From assembly GCA_002438805.1 (NCBI GenBank), contig DJQV01000019.1, positions 941 to 64,940 on the forward strand: a stretch of 64,000 nucleotides of DNA, read 5' to 3'. The first letter of the stretch is position 1. Each line of letters starts with the position of its first letter. Below the pieces are notes generated by a model, which was not told where the DNA came from, did no database searches, and saw only the letters and a list, made by a program, of their open reading frames with translations. Positions 28,530 to 38,950 of the stretch are shown in pieces. The position numbers and the translations under genes are program-made. This DNA is from Bacteroidales bacterium UBA6377. Lineage in GTDB: Bacteria > Bacteroidota > Bacteroidia > Bacteroidales > UBA932.

Positions 28530-29494
28530 TTCTCTTTCTTGTTGTTAAGATATTTGAAGATGTCATCCGCCGAAGGCATCTCCTTTGTGATTTCCAGAAG
28601 ACGCCATCCGTTCCGGGCGGAAAGGGCGATTATCTTCTCGCACATCTCATCGGCATCCCCCTCGATCATGAGGCGAAGAAAGCCGGGACGCTCCTCCACA
28701 TGTCCCACAGACTTGACATGCTCCACGGCAAGCAGGTCCGCCTCGTCGGGCAGGGCTCCCATCGATACAAGCAGGGCGTCCGGACGGATGCTGTGGTTGA
28801 ACGAATCCATATCTCCGTTGAAAATCAGATGGCTGGAGGACATCATCAGGATGCGCTCGCATGTCAGCTGGACCTCATGAAGAATATGAGTCGAAAGCAT
28901 GACGAGACAATCCTCCGATATGTCCTTGATCAACCTGCGTATCTCTATGATCTGCATCGGATCCAACCCGTTTGTAGGCTCATCAAGGACAATGAACGAT
29001 GGCCTGTGTATCAGGGCCTGCGCTATGCCGACCCTCTGCTGATAGCCGCCTGACAGGTGCTTTATGAGCCTCTTGCGGAAATGGGAGATCTGACACCGCT
29101 CAAGCGCCTCGTCCACCGCCTTGCCGGCCCCGTTCACAAGACGGAGATCTGCCGCAAAGCGGAGATACTCCTCCACCGTAAGGTCAGTCAGAAGGGGCGG
29201 TTTCTGCGGCAGAAATCCTATCTGAGTCTTGGCCGCCACGGAATCCGTACGGATACTGTGGCCGTTGATATAGACATCTCCCTCCGTCGGTGTGAGGCAG
29301 CCGCAGATTATGTTCATCAGAGTGGATTTTCCCGCCCCGTTGGCCCCGAGAAGTCCGGTAATACGGCAGCCTCCGATGTCGAAAGAGACATCATCGACAG
29401 CCTTGAAAGAACCGGAATAACTGTGGGTGACGTGGTCCACCTTGACGGTGATATCCTCCGGTCTCACCCTGGTCTGCACACTGCTACTCCTCAT
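28526..29494 (-). CDS. ABC transporter ATP-binding protein (GldA-like)
   Basis: GANGAGKST, LSGGYQQRVGIAQAL, LDEPTNGLDP, STH. Confidence 0.93.
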   Translation of the reverse strand: MRSSSVQTRVRPEDITVKVDHVTHSYSGSFKAVDDVSFDIGGCRITGLLGANGAGKSTLMNIICGCLTPTEGDVYINGHSIRTDSVAAKTQIGFLPQKPPLLTDLTVEEYLRFAADLRLVNGAGKAVDEALERCQISHFRKRLIKHLSGGYQQRVGIAQALIHRPSFIVLDEPTNGLDPMQIIEIRRLIKDISEDCLVMLSTHILHEVQLTCERILMMSSSHLIFNGDMDSFNHSIRPDALLVSMGALPDEADLLAVEHVKSVGHVEERPGFLRLMIEGDADEMCEKIIALSARNGWRLLEITKEMPSADDIFKYLNNKKEK

Positions 29495-30395
29495 AAGTCT
29501 TGGTCATATCCTCCGGCACCACGATGGTAAAATCAGCCCTTTCCTTGTTAATCTTTTCCTTGAGAGGATCCGAGCTCTGCAGGACTGATATGGTGCTGAC
29601 CTTGAGTTTCGGAGCATATTGCTTCAGATAGTACGCTATGCCTGAATGGAACGCTGAATGCAACTCCCCATGGAAATGGAAAAAGTAATCCCCGGGATTC
29701 ATCGCAGAAGATATCTGATAAGCCATGGTGGCATCCTTGAGCGCCTGTGCGGCCACGATGTTCTGCACGCTTTTCTTCATCATCGGAGCACTGCCCATCT
29801 GCTTAAATGATTCGCCGATATAGGTATAGATTATCTCATCGTAGTCCACCTTCAGCGGCATCGGGGCTATCCATTTTAGCGCTCCGGCATCGAGGGAGTC
29901 AAGTATCTCCACACCGAAATCAGACACCATCCTGGCATAGCGCCGCGGCACATTGGTGGCCACGAATCGGATGCCGTTCTGGTCGGCGTAGTTCATGATC
30001 GGCTTGTAGTCCGAGAAGTTGGGCCAGAGGCGGCTGTTCTCCTCATAGGTGGATTCGTCAATGAGCCCCTGCTTGAGGAACTCGTCAAGCACCTGCTGGT
30101 TGTCAGTCTCCCACATCTCCGCCCCGACCACGAGGTGCTCACCCTTGAGAGCGTGGAGATCCTTTTCAAGGCTGAGTTCAAGCCAGTGCGAGATCGGGTC
30201 ATTGTGCATCTCTCCGAACAGGCACACATCGCTGCCAGCAACGCTCTTCAGCATCCTGGCATAGCTGACCTTGTTCCCTGACTTGTCAAAAATCACATAA
30301 GACGGGTGTCCGCTCGAATAGGACTGCCCCCTGCATCCAGTACATCCCGTCACAAGGCATAAAACGCCGACTATAATCCTTAAAAATCTATTCAT
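29484..30395 (-). CDS. ChaN family (haem-uptake/TIKI superfamily) exported protein
   Basis: FGEMHN…HW, AEMWE, ATNVPRRYA, AQALKDATMA. Confidence 0.8.
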   Translation of the reverse strand: MNRFLRIIVGVLCLVTGCTGCRGQSYSSGHPSYVIFDKSGNKVSYARMLKSVAGSDVCLFGEMHNDPISHWLELSLEKDLHALKGEHLVVGAEMWETDNQQVLDEFLKQGLIDESTYEENSRLWPNFSDYKPIMNYADQNGIRFVATNVPRRYARMVSDFGVEILDSLDAGALKWIAPMPLKVDYDEIIYTYIGESFKQMGSAPMMKKSVQNIVAAQALKDATMAYQISSAMNPGDYFFHFHGELHSAFHSGIAYYLKQYAPKLKVSTISVLQSSDPLKEKINKERADFTIVVPEDMTKTYEE

Positions 30396-30403
30396 TGCAT
30401 TAT

Positions 30404-31945
30404 CTAAAAACAATAATTCATAAATACCCGACCTGTCTGCCGGGAGGCATCACGGTAAACATTTTCAGCAACAGCCCTTGAATACGACCACGCAGCCCCG
30501 ATGTCAATCAGATTTTTTCCGACCGGGAACTCCACGTCGAATTTCAAGCCCGCCTGCCACTGCCCCGCATTCATATAAGCCTCCTCGGCACGGCCCACAT
30601 AAGTCGTGTAGATATTATATCCGTCACGTGCGGCATTAGGCTCATAATCAGCATACGGCCAGAAAGACATCCCGCCATTCAAATCCAGAGAGATATCGGC
30701 CTTTCCGGCACGGAAGCCGAATCCAGCAGACGCTCCGCATACGAGACGTATCCCGTCAAGTGTGGCATCATAGTTCTTGTCATGGCGGTACTCCCCGTCC
30801 GCAGAAGCGGAAATCCCGGCCTTGCGGAACCATGAGGAAGAATTGTGATACCCTGCCGAGAAACTCCCGCCGTAAAGCAAAGCCTGATAATCCTCGACAA
30901 AAGAGGACATGGTCTTGTTCCAGTCGGAACCATCCCCCTGAGTAAGGTAGAAAACAGTATCAAACAACAGTTTTCCGCCATTGCCGAGAGACCGCACGTC
31001 CGCCAGTTCAAGGCTGTGCGCCATGAACACATACTCAGTACGTGTCTCCTGATACGAGGACGACTGCGTGGACTCGCTCTTCAGATGATCCTGCCCGTAC
31101 TTGAACGAGTACCTGACACTCAGACGGTTGGCATCTCCGCGCAAGGCCCACTCCAGATACGCCCCGGGGACATTCTGTGTCCATGAAGGGCTGTTCTCAA
31201 GCCCGGTGACCTGAGTGCCGAGGCCCGTCATGAGGTAGATGAAATAGTCCGCACCGCTGTTGTAGACCCGGCTGAACTGGGGTTTCTCCTTGTAGCGCTC
31301 ATATATGAACCCGGCTGACAAGAGACTTCGGCCGGCAGCAGCCGTGGCTCCGGCCTCGACCCGGATGTCAAGCGCCGACTGCTCGTTGCGCACATCGGAT
31401 TTGCGGAACTGTTTCCAACCCACATACTCTATCTGCGCACCGAGAGACCAGCGCGCCCCGAGTCTCTTTGAAGCTGTAGCACCAAGAGTATAGTTCTGTA
31501 TTTCCCATGTCCTGGCCGGCGCGATGCAGAAAAACATGGCCGGCGAGCCGTATGGTTTCCTGCGGTATGAAAGCGTGGAGCGGAGACTGTCGGTAGACTC
31601 TATCCCATACTCAAACTTCCCGCTGAACGACCAGCCGCTATTATCCTGATGAAGGATGGAGCTGGTCCCGACCTTGCCGCCAAGACGCCCGTCCGGAGAG
31701 AGAGGAGCGTGGAGCTTGCCGCTCTCTGCATAAGCCTCCGCCCCTATCGTGGACCATGTGGAGTAATCCCACCAAGACAACATCGACGGATTATGGTCAT
31801 ACGAAGCATCATAGATGCGGCCCAGAACCTCACGCTGCCCGGAGTCCGGATAAATGCTGCGCGGCCCCGCCGCCCGGGAGACGAGTCCCGCAGACAGCAA
31901 GGCTGCACTCAGCAATACAGTCAAAAACTTGTTATTTGATGTCAT
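30404..31945 (-). CDS. Outer-membrane beta-barrel protein (DUF6850-like)
   Basis: Signal peptide, alternating amphipathic strands, terminal Phe (MNYCF); typical position after DUF4876. Confidence 0.7.
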   Translation of the reverse strand: MTSNNKFLTVLLSAALLSAGLVSRAAGPRSIYPDSGQREVLGRIYDASYDHNPSMLSWWDYSTWSTIGAEAYAESGKLHAPLSPDGRLGGKVGTSSILHQDNSGWSFSGKFEYGIESTDSLRSTLSYRRKPYGSPAMFFCIAPARTWEIQNYTLGATASKRLGARWSLGAQIEYVGWKQFRKSDVRNEQSALDIRVEAGATAAAGRSLLSAGFIYERYKEKPQFSRVYNSGADYFIYLMTGLGTQVTGLENSPSWTQNVPGAYLEWALRGDANRLSVRYSFKYGQDHLKSESTQSSSYQETRTEYVFMAHSLELADVRSLGNGGKLLFDTVFYLTQGDGSDWNKTMSSFVEDYQALLYGGSFSAGYHNSSSWFRKAGISASADGEYRHDKNYDATLDGIRLVCGASAGFGFRAGKADISLDLNGGMSFWPYADYEPNAARDGYNIYTTYVGRAEEAYMNAGQWQAGLKFDVEFPVGKNLIDIGAAWSYSRAVAENVYRDASRQTGRVFMNYCF

Positions 31946-33281
31946 ATCCCGCATATCCGCCCTTCGGGGTAGGAGGATCTACCGGCTCAAAATCCGATGA
32001 AGTGTTGTTGCTGTCCATCAGGACAAGACGGCCTGCCGCCTTGGTCTTCTCTTCATCGATCTTCCTGCGCTGGCTGTAGTTGGTCAGACCACCGTCATCG
32101 TTAGGGATGTAGCCGAAGCCCTTGTCAATGAATGAAGGCATTCTCTTCCACTTTGCGGACTCGGCGTTGTTGACGAAGTCGGCGCCGTCAATCACGTCCG
32201 TGGCCGGGACCTTGAGCAGCTGGATCTCCTGCTCAGGGGTCGCGTAACTAGGACTGATGTACTTGTATGTGATGACATCTGAAGATGTGAATTCCTTGTC
32301 GCTGCGGAAGATCACAGGGGCGGCGCCGGTGGCATCCCAGTAGAAATATTCGTTGGGGTTCATGTAGATGTTGTCGGCATTCGGGACGTCAGGATTGTCG
32401 AAGTCGTAGTACTCGTTGCCGTCAAGGCCCTGGCTCTGCTTCCACTTCACGGCATAGGTCTCCATGTCGGCGCATGAGAGGTCGATGATGTGGCTGATCA
32501 GGCTCTCGTCCACATCCACTCCCAATTCAGCATACGCGTCACGCATCTCCTTGTTGAAATTGATGGCGTTCACAGCAAGGAGGAAGCTCTTGCCCGGAGC
32601 GAGGGTGATGCCGGCATTGACCGGAACCCTGACCACAGCGTTGAGATACACGTAATTATGGTCAAGGCTCGGATCTTCAAGGATTGAAAGCTCCGGAGCG
32701 CTCTCAAAATTGGCGTTGGTGGCAGGAGTCCAGGCGTCACCGATATAAAGCCCGTCCAGAGAAACCGGAGAATCGCTGTTGTTGAAGATCTCGATGAAAA
32801 AGTCCTTCAACAAAGTACCCATGGTGAAAGCAGGGTCATACATCATCACATTCTCTCCTGAGTAGAAAATCTCCTTGATCACCAGGTCCTTGGAGGTCTG
32901 AGCCGGCTCAAGGGTCAACGACACTGCGGCCGTCTGCTGCGAGAGGACCACCACGCCGTTGGAGACAGCGGTGAAAGGAGTCTCGCCCACCGTCACCGCA
33001 GCCGACACATTGTAAGTACCTGCCACCACATCAGAGAAAGAGGCCTTCCCCTCTGCATCCGAGGTCAGATTCACAGTGCTGAGATCGGAAGTATTGAGCA
33101 CCGTGACCTCCACGGCGGAGAGGTCAACCGTTTCAGCATACTCGGCAGGGACTGTCAGTGTGACGTCGATACCGCCGAGAAGCGAGCCGCTCTTCTCGCA
33201 TGAGCTTACGAGCGCGAGGGCGGCAAGAGCAAGGATGCCACCCAGACACCTTGCTGCATAATTTTTGGACAATGTTCTCAT
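31932..33281 (-). CDS. DUF4876 domain lipoprotein
   Basis: VSSC lipobox, LVIKEIFYSG, FIEIFNNS…LDGLYI, DSNNTSSDF. Confidence 0.85.
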   Translation of the reverse strand: MRTLSKNYAARCLGGILALAALALVSSCEKSGSLLGGIDVTLTVPAEYAETVDLSAVEVTVLNTSDLSTVNLTSDAEGKASFSDVVAGTYNVSAAVTVGETPFTAVSNGVVVLSQQTAAVSLTLEPAQTSKDLVIKEIFYSGENVMMYDPAFTMGTLLKDFFIEIFNNSDSPVSLDGLYIGDAWTPATNANFESAPELSILEDPSLDHNYVYLNAVVRVPVNAGITLAPGKSFLLAVNAINFNKEMRDAYAELGVDVDESLISHIIDLSCADMETYAVKWKQSQGLDGNEYYDFDNPDVPNADNIYMNPNEYFYWDATGAAPVIFRSDKEFTSSDVITYKYISPSYATPEQEIQLLKVPATDVIDGADFVNNAESAKWKRMPSFIDKGFGYIPNDDGGLTNYSQRRKIDEEKTKAAGRLVLMDSNNTSSDFEPVDPPTPKGGYAGYDIK

Positions 33282-33293
33282 ATTGATTATGTA

Positions 33294-35945
33294 TCAGTTA
33301 TTTCCTATCATAAAAGACATACCGAATCCGAATGATATCGTGCTGTTGAGCGTGGAGCGCTTGCCATTGTAGACATAAGTCGGATTATACCAGAGGAAGT
33401 TGTTGACATACATGCTGAACGAGTGCCCGCCTCGGGTCTCTTTGCGGATCTGGATGTTGAAGTCCGGATAGAACGGTTTCTTGTCCAGGATCTCGTATGT
33501 GCTCGAAGTCAGTTTCAGATCAGCGAACTCCTCGGAGCGGCTCTGCTCCTCTGTCAGGGGATGGTAAACCCCCGAAGCATCGTAATACGCCTTAGGATAG
33601 AGACTTCCGGGCTTCGGTTCACGGTAGTTGACGAAGTTCAGCTCGGCATTGAGCGTGAAGATAAGTCTCAGAGACGGGATCTGCTGCGTCACAGTCAGAC
33701 GTCCCGAACTGTATCTTGTTATGTATTCAGTATGGTCATATACGCCATAGCGGGCCTTGTCCGTACCGACCACGTATTTGGAGAGCTCCATATAATATCC
33801 GCTGTTGATCTCGCGGGTGCGCATATAGCTCGCCTGGAAATTGAACTCGGTGTGCGTGCTCTCGATACGGGCCGGGACAAGAGAAAGTTCGACCCCGTCC
33901 GTAATCTCGGTGATGGCGTTTTTCATCACATATTTCTCGCGCACGAGTATGTCTGACGTGCCGTCCTTAATCACCTCAGGCTGCTGGCCTGGACGGCGGA
34001 CGGCAGTGTAATTCTCACGTGTCAGCAGGAGCAACTCCGGGGAGAGCGCGATGCCGTCCTCAAGTCTCTTGTGGTAGGCCGTCAGTCTGACATTCAATAG
34101 ATTGGACTCCCAGTCCAGTCCCCCTTCGACAGTATTGGTATGGCTCGGTCTGAGGTGGCTGTTGTTAGGATAATAGACATAAGTGGTGACTATGGCCAGC
34201 CTCTCAGCGGGGTCGGTTGCATAGTAGCTCAAATTGGTGAAATCATAATACGCCGGATCTGGATAGAGCTGGAGCATGGACGGGGCCTTGTAGGCAAGAC
34301 CCCATGCCAGCCTTGTCGTCAGGTGGTCAAACCACTTCACAGAGCCGGAAAGCCTCGGCGACACAAGATGATAGCGCTCAAGCATATAGTCATAGCGTAC
34401 GCCCAACTTGAGCTTGGTCTCCGCGAAAGCACCGCTATGCTTGATGTTGCTCTCGTGATAGACTGACCATGTCTTGGAGGCCGGCACATCATGGAAGTTC
34501 GTTGCCCGGGACCCGATGCCGCCCATCGCCTCCACTGCCCCGCCGGAGACGGTTCTTCCCGCCCCGAAATTCTTGTCCACACTGCCCTGCAACCCGGTCA
34601 TGAAAGAGAATGCCCAGTTCCGGGAATTGACATTCTTTGTCATCGACACGTCGAATGCCCCGCTTACAGGCAGACCGCGCATGATGGACTCCTGCGTGAA
34701 GGCCATCGGGGAATAACCGGTGATGTATGTGCCTGTCTTCAAGGCCTCTATCAGAGGAAGCGGCCCCGATGCGATGGTCTCGAACCTTGAGTACTGCCGG
34801 TCCACGCTCCCGTTGACGGAATAGTCCAGGCTACCGGCTTTGCCCAATGACATGGATCCGAAGATGTTGAGGCTCAGGTTCTGGTTGTTGACCCTTGCCA
34901 CGTTGCGTCCCTTCTCTTCCGGCTCGTATCTCTGGCCGTTGAATCCCATGATGGACTGGAGAGCCACGGTGTTGTTCCACTCAAGAGCCTTTGAGAGCTT
35001 TTTCATCCAGCGCAGTCCGAAATTGATGTTCTGGTAATAATTTTTGCGCTGGACAGGGCTGTCCTTGGAATAGGTGTATGACAGGTCCGCATTGAGGATT
35101 CCGCCGCCGTTCCCGAGATTGAAGCCCTTGGACACAGCCCCTTGATACGATGTCGATGAGACATTCCCCGAGACATACAGAGGAGTCGTCCCGACTTTGT
35201 TCTTCACGATTATGGCCCCGGATGTGAGGTTGCCGTACTTGGCTGAAGCGACGCCGGTCACCACTTCGACACTCTCGATGCTGCTCGCGGATATGCTCCT
35301 CAGATCAACACCCTTTCCGGCCGTGCCGTAGGAGTCCGTCTGGCCGACGGCGGGATTGGCCACCTGCATGTTGGCATCGTTGGACATGGCCATGCCGTTG
35401 ACTATGACAGAAGTGCCTATGTTGTTGTAGTTGGACGAGATCGCAGAGCGTATATCTGCCTGCTGGACGGTGTTGTAGTTGGAAGTGCTCAACTGCTTGC
35501 CAGGAAGCAGGGAAATCACATCCTGAAGGTTCATGGCCTGTATCTGCTTGATAGCCTGATCATTTATATGATAGGCGCTCGTCCCCTCCTTGCTGTCGGT
35601 CTGGGTTGCCGTCACCACTACCCCGTTCATCATCAGGGATTCCGCCTTGAGTATGAAACTGAGCGAATCCACGTTTCCGCGCACATCGATCTCCCTCTCG
35701 ATGGTACGGTAACCGAGACAGCCGACAGACAATTTATGCTTGCCGGCAGGAAGGCTGAGGGTGAAAGTCCCGTCATTGTCAGTCCATGTGCCCACAGGAG
35801 GCTGATAGACAGCGACAGAGACATATCCGACAGGTGCCCCGGCCTCATCGACAACAGCCCCCGACACAGTATAATTCTGTGCGGAAGATGTCAGCACGGC
35901 GACCCAGAAAGCCACAAGCGCGGCAAATATATAACGGCAACTCAT
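33294..35945 (-). CDS. TonB-dependent receptor with an N-terminal carboxypeptidase-like domain
   Basis: VVVTAT TonB box, GVDLRSI…IESVEVVTGVASAKYG plug motif, SPRL barrel motif. Start moved to MSCRY. Confidence 0.92.
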   Translation of the reverse strand: MSCRYIFAALVAFWVAVLTSSAQNYTVSGAVVDEAGAPVGYVSVAVYQPPVGTWTDNDGTFTLSLPAGKHKLSVGCLGYRTIEREIDVRGNVDSLSFILKAESLMMNGVVVTATQTDSKEGTSAYHINDQAIKQIQAMNLQDVISLLPGKQLSTSNYNTVQQADIRSAISSNYNNIGTSVIVNGMAMSNDANMQVANPAVGQTDSYGTAGKGVDLRSISASSIESVEVVTGVASAKYGNLTSGAIIVKNKVGTTPLYVSGNVSSTSYQGAVSKGFNLGNGGGILNADLSYTYSKDSPVQRKNYYQNINFGLRWMKKLSKALEWNNTVALQSIMGFNGQRYEPEEKGRNVARVNNQNLSLNIFGSMSLGKAGSLDYSVNGSVDRQYSRFETIASGPLPLIEALKTGTYITGYSPMAFTQESIMRGLPVSGAFDVSMTKNVNSRNWAFSFMTGLQGSVDKNFGAGRTVSGGAVEAMGGIGSRATNFHDVPASKTWSVYHESNIKHSGAFAETKLKLGVRYDYMLERYHLVSPRLSGSVKWFDHLTTRLAWGLAYKAPSMLQLYPDPAYYDFTNLSYYATDPAERLAIVTTYVYYPNNSHLRPSHTNTVEGGLDWESNLLNVRLTAYHKRLEDGIALSPELLLLTRENYTAVRRPGQQPEVIKDGTSDILVREKYVMKNAITEITDGVELSLVPARIESTHTEFNFQASYMRTREINSGYYMELSKYVVGTDKARYGVYDHTEYITRYSSGRLTVTQQIPSLRLIFTLNAELNFVNYREPKPGSLYPKAYYDASGVYHPLTEEQSRSEEFADLKLTSSTYEILDKKPFYPDFNIQIRKETRGGHSFSMYVNNFLWYNPTYVYNGKRSTLNSTISFGFGMSFMIGNN

Positions 35946-35969
35946 CTTGTATTCACTAACTAACGGCAG

Positions 35970-35991
35970 CAAAACTATTAATTAATATTTT
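35970..35991 (-). promoter_or_regulatory. -7 box of the TBDR operon overlapped by an AT-rich palindrome
   Basis: TAGTTTTG (35970-35977, minus strand) abutting the perfect palindrome TATTAATTAATA (35976-35987). Confidence 0.5.
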
Positions 35992-36077
35992 GAAAAACAA
36001 TATCGGGCGGGAAAAATCACAAAAAATGATGAGCGCTCCGGGACATTTTCCTGCCAGACTTGCACCAGAGGCACATT

Positions 36078-37034
36078 ATGAGTAAATTAGCGCCGTTTAT
36101 GCGATTCCTGCCACATATCCTTGGATTTCTCGCCGCCATGATGCTTGTCGCCTGCAACGATGAGGTCTTTGTCGTGGACCTCACTCCCTCGAAGACGGTC
36201 ATTGAATTCAGCGAAGACGGCGGGACGGAAAGCATCGCTTTCAATACTCCCGGATGGAAAATACCCACCCTTTACATGTACGGAGCCGGCTCGGACGCCT
36301 ATTACATCCTGGAAGACGGCAAGGAACTCAACATCTGGCCTCCCTCACTTGAGGGCAACGGCACCCTTGTCATCAGGGAAGGCAAGCGTCTTGCCGCCAC
36401 CGTCTCCAGAAACAGCCCCCGGAGCCTTGAAGTCACAATGGGAGAAAACCGTTCCACAGGGAGGCGGATCATCACCATAATGGTATCCGACGACCTGTTC
36501 CAAAAACAGATACAGGTATTCCAGAAAGGCTCCGTCTGGACTCTTGAGGGCATTGATTGGGACACGGCCTCGGCAGTATTCGGGACTTCAATTGAGCCGA
36601 CCGGCGAGCCGCTGACCATAGACAACAAGGGCATAGAAGATGTGGTCATGAAAGTGAACGTGTTTGAGAACTGCACCGCCACAGTCCAGTTCCTGGAGGC
36701 CGCCCAGCCCGAGGGCGAATGTCCCAATTTCCCGGACCCCGATGCGCGGGCGGCTGTCCCGGCAGCCTTGGGAGAAGACGGGGCACTGATATTCAACGGT
36801 ATGCAGGCAAGCTACAACGGGATGGAGCAGGAGTTCACGGACGGCGTGCCGCAGGTGGAGAAAGACATCGCATTCAAGCCCGGCAGGCACACATATCAGA
36901 TACTCATCGAGTACAATGCGCTGACGGTAGGCTACACAGCCCGTCTGCGCTCCAGCTCCCGCAATGCTGATATAAAAGGCACGCTCACAGTCAAGACCCC
37001 GACGGGAAAATGGTACGGAATATGGGAAGAATAG
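36078..37034 (+). CDS. Lipoprotein of unknown function
   Basis: LVAC lipobox; beta-rich sequence; overlaps the next gene. Confidence 0.7.
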   Translation: MSKLAPFMRFLPHILGFLAAMMLVACNDEVFVVDLTPSKTVIEFSEDGGTESIAFNTPGWKIPTLYMYGAGSDAYYILEDGKELNIWPPSLEGNGTLVIREGKRLAATVSRNSPRSLEVTMGENRSTGRRIITIMVSDDLFQKQIQVFQKGSVWTLEGIDWDTASAVFGTSIEPTGEPLTIDNKGIEDVVMKVNVFENCTATVQFLEAAQPEGECPNFPDPDARAAVPAALGEDGALIFNGMQASYNGMEQEFTDGVPQVEKDIAFKPGRHTYQILIEYNALTVGYTARLRSSSRNADIKGTLTVKTPTGKWYGIWEE

Positions 37035-38215
37035 CCCTGATTAAAACGCTGCTGGCTGCCACGGTGCTGCTGGCAGGCCTGTCCCTTGCGGCCCGGGAAA
37101 ACGGTGGCGATGAACTCACACACCGCGTGGGGATTGAGATGAAAGGTGCCTGGATCGCACCCTCGCACGGCTTCTTCCGTGGCGAGAACGGTGCCGGCAA
37201 GAAACTGGACAAGAGCGGCTCGCTGCACCTGAAGTACTCGTTCCAGTTTCCCGGCTCCAGCCGCTACGGTGCCATGTATCCCACTGCTTACCAAGGAATA
37301 GGGCTGGCTTGGAACACGTTTTTCGACAAGGCGGAACTGGGTGTCCCGGCTGCCCTGTATGTGTTCCAGGGGGCGAGGATCGCTTCACTCGGGGAAAGGC
37401 TTTCCCTCGACGGGGAATGGAACTTCGGAGCATCCTTCGGCTGGCGGCCCTATGACGAACAGCACAACTCTTTCAACAGGGTCGTGGGCTCCCGGGTCAA
37501 CGCCTACATCGATGCGGCGCTGCTGCTGTCCTGGAGACCGCTGCCCGGTTTGACATTGAACGCCGGCGTGGACATCACCCATTTCTCCAACGGCAACACC
37601 ACCCTCCCCAACTCCGGGGTCAACACCATCGGGGCAAGGATTGGAGCGGTGTACAACGTGGCACGCACCCCTGTGAAGTCCATCAGGAAAGCGGCCGTGC
37701 AGGAGAGCTTCCGCCAGTTCACGCTTGAGACGGTATTCTACGGGGCGCTCCGTGCCAAAGGGCTTGAGTATGAGGGCAGCGGATATCTGCTCGACGGCAG
37801 GTTCGCCGTGGCCGGGATCAACATAGCCCCGATGTACCGCTTCGCGCGCTGCTTCCAGGCCGGGGTCTCCCTTGATGTCCAGTACGACGAAAGCGCCAAC
37901 CTTTCCGGACATCTGGCCGGCATGGTGCCCGAGGGGAGCGGGATGAGCCCGAGATTCTACCGTCCCCCGCTAAGCGAGCAGGTTGCAGCCGGGCTGTCCC
38001 TGCGGGCGGAACTCGTGATGCCGATATTCACCATAGGGGTGGGCCTTGGACGCAACGTGCTGTACAAAGGCGAACTCGGGGTCTTCTACCAGATGGCTAC
38101 CCTCAAGACCGATGTCGGAAGGAATGCCTTCCTGCAGATCGGCTACCGCCTCGACAACTTCCACGACCCGTCCAACCTGATGATCGGTCTCGGCTGGCGC
38201 TTCGGGGGACGGTAG
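37022..38215 (+). CDS. Acyloxyacyl hydrolase / PagL-like outer-membrane protein
   Basis: THFSNGNTTLPNSGVN motif; YQGIG; C-terminal LGWRF. Confidence 0.8.
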   Translation: MGRIALIKTLLAATVLLAGLSLAARENGGDELTHRVGIEMKGAWIAPSHGFFRGENGAGKKLDKSGSLHLKYSFQFPGSSRYGAMYPTAYQGIGLAWNTFFDKAELGVPAALYVFQGARIASLGERLSLDGEWNFGASFGWRPYDEQHNSFNRVVGSRVNAYIDAALLLSWRPLPGLTLNAGVDITHFSNGNTTLPNSGVNTIGARIGAVYNVARTPVKSIRKAAVQESFRQFTLETVFYGALRAKGLEYEGSGYLLDGRFAVAGINIAPMYRFARCFQAGVSLDVQYDESANLSGHLAGMVPEGSGMSPRFYRPPLSEQVAAGLSLRAELVMPIFTIGVGLGRNVLYKGELGVFYQMATLKTDVGRNAFLQIGYRLDNFHDPSNLMIGLGWRFGGR

Positions 38216-38455
38216 ACACGGCTGCGCTGCGGCTGCGGAGGTGGGATTGATGTGAGGCCCAGATTGCTGCGGTAGTTAGCTTGCTGCGGATGCTGGCTGT
38301 CCGGCGAAAGGCCGTTTTGGTGGGCAAAAGCTCCCGACAAATTTATTTGTCATACCAAAAGGAATCACTATTTTTGCGCTGTATTTTAAGTATGATTAAC
38401 AAATCACGCAATGGCCGCCGTATTATGAACCGGCAACAGAAAATAATCTCCGATC

Positions 38456-38719
38456 ATGCAACGATATATCGACAAAGTATGGGTGGATGACACTAGAGTA
38501 TATGCCAAAACCAAAGACGGGCTTGTGGCAAGTTATACCTTTTCTGATTGGGACAGACTGCGCAATGCCGACCAAAGCCAGCGCGAAGATTTCTATCTTT
38601 CCTATTCCGGCATTCACTGGCCACAGATCGACGAAGACCTCAGTTTTGAGGGCATGTTCTCCAAAGCCGGGCTCTGCGACAGGACCATGACGGAAGACGC
38701 GGTCTGCTACATAGAATAG
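38456..38719 (+). CDS. DUF2442 domain protein (antitoxin-like)
   Basis: RLRNA…GIHWPQIDEDLSFEG. Confidence 0.85.
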   Translation: MQRYIDKVWVDDTRVYAKTKDGLVASYTFSDWDRLRNADQSQREDFYLSYSGIHWPQIDEDLSFEGMFSKAGLCDRTMTEDAVCYIE

Positions 38720-38763
38720 GCTTGACGGTATAGCAATCTGCGGAGTTCACACACCTCCCACAC

Positions 38764-38791
38764 AAAAAAGCCCCCTGTTTCCAGGGGGCTT
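38764..38791 (-). terminator. Terminator at the distal end of the minus-strand polysaccharide locus
   Basis: aagccccctg…cagggggctt stem with an A-run on the plus strand (U-tail on minus). Confidence 0.75.
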
Positions 38792-38794
38792 AAT

Positions 38795-38950
38795 CACGTA
38801 GCTATAGGTCTTCACTATCTCCACGAAATTATCAATCACATATCCGGCATCATCCAGAGACATCTTTGTATTAAGCGGAAAAGTGATTTCATTCTCAAAG
38901 AGATGATAGGCATTAGGGAAGTCAGCAATGTCAAATCCCATAGCCTCGTC
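38795..38950 (-). pseudogene. C-terminal remnant of a DegT/DnrJ/EryC1/StrS sugar aminotransferase
   Basis: GFDIADFPNAYHLFENEITFPLNTKMSLDDAGYVIDNF matches the family's C-terminal 'P.A……I.LPL…M…D..YV' pattern; nothing homologous upstream. Confidence 0.7.

Noticed and set aside
26244..29494. Gliding-motility genes gldA/gldF/gldG
   Set aside because: Same families, but they sit in a TBDR operon with no other gld/spr genes, so symbols were not assigned.
38216..38300. Repeated gctgcgg words after the acyloxyacyl hydrolase gene
   Set aside because: Few, irregularly spaced copies; no clear structure.
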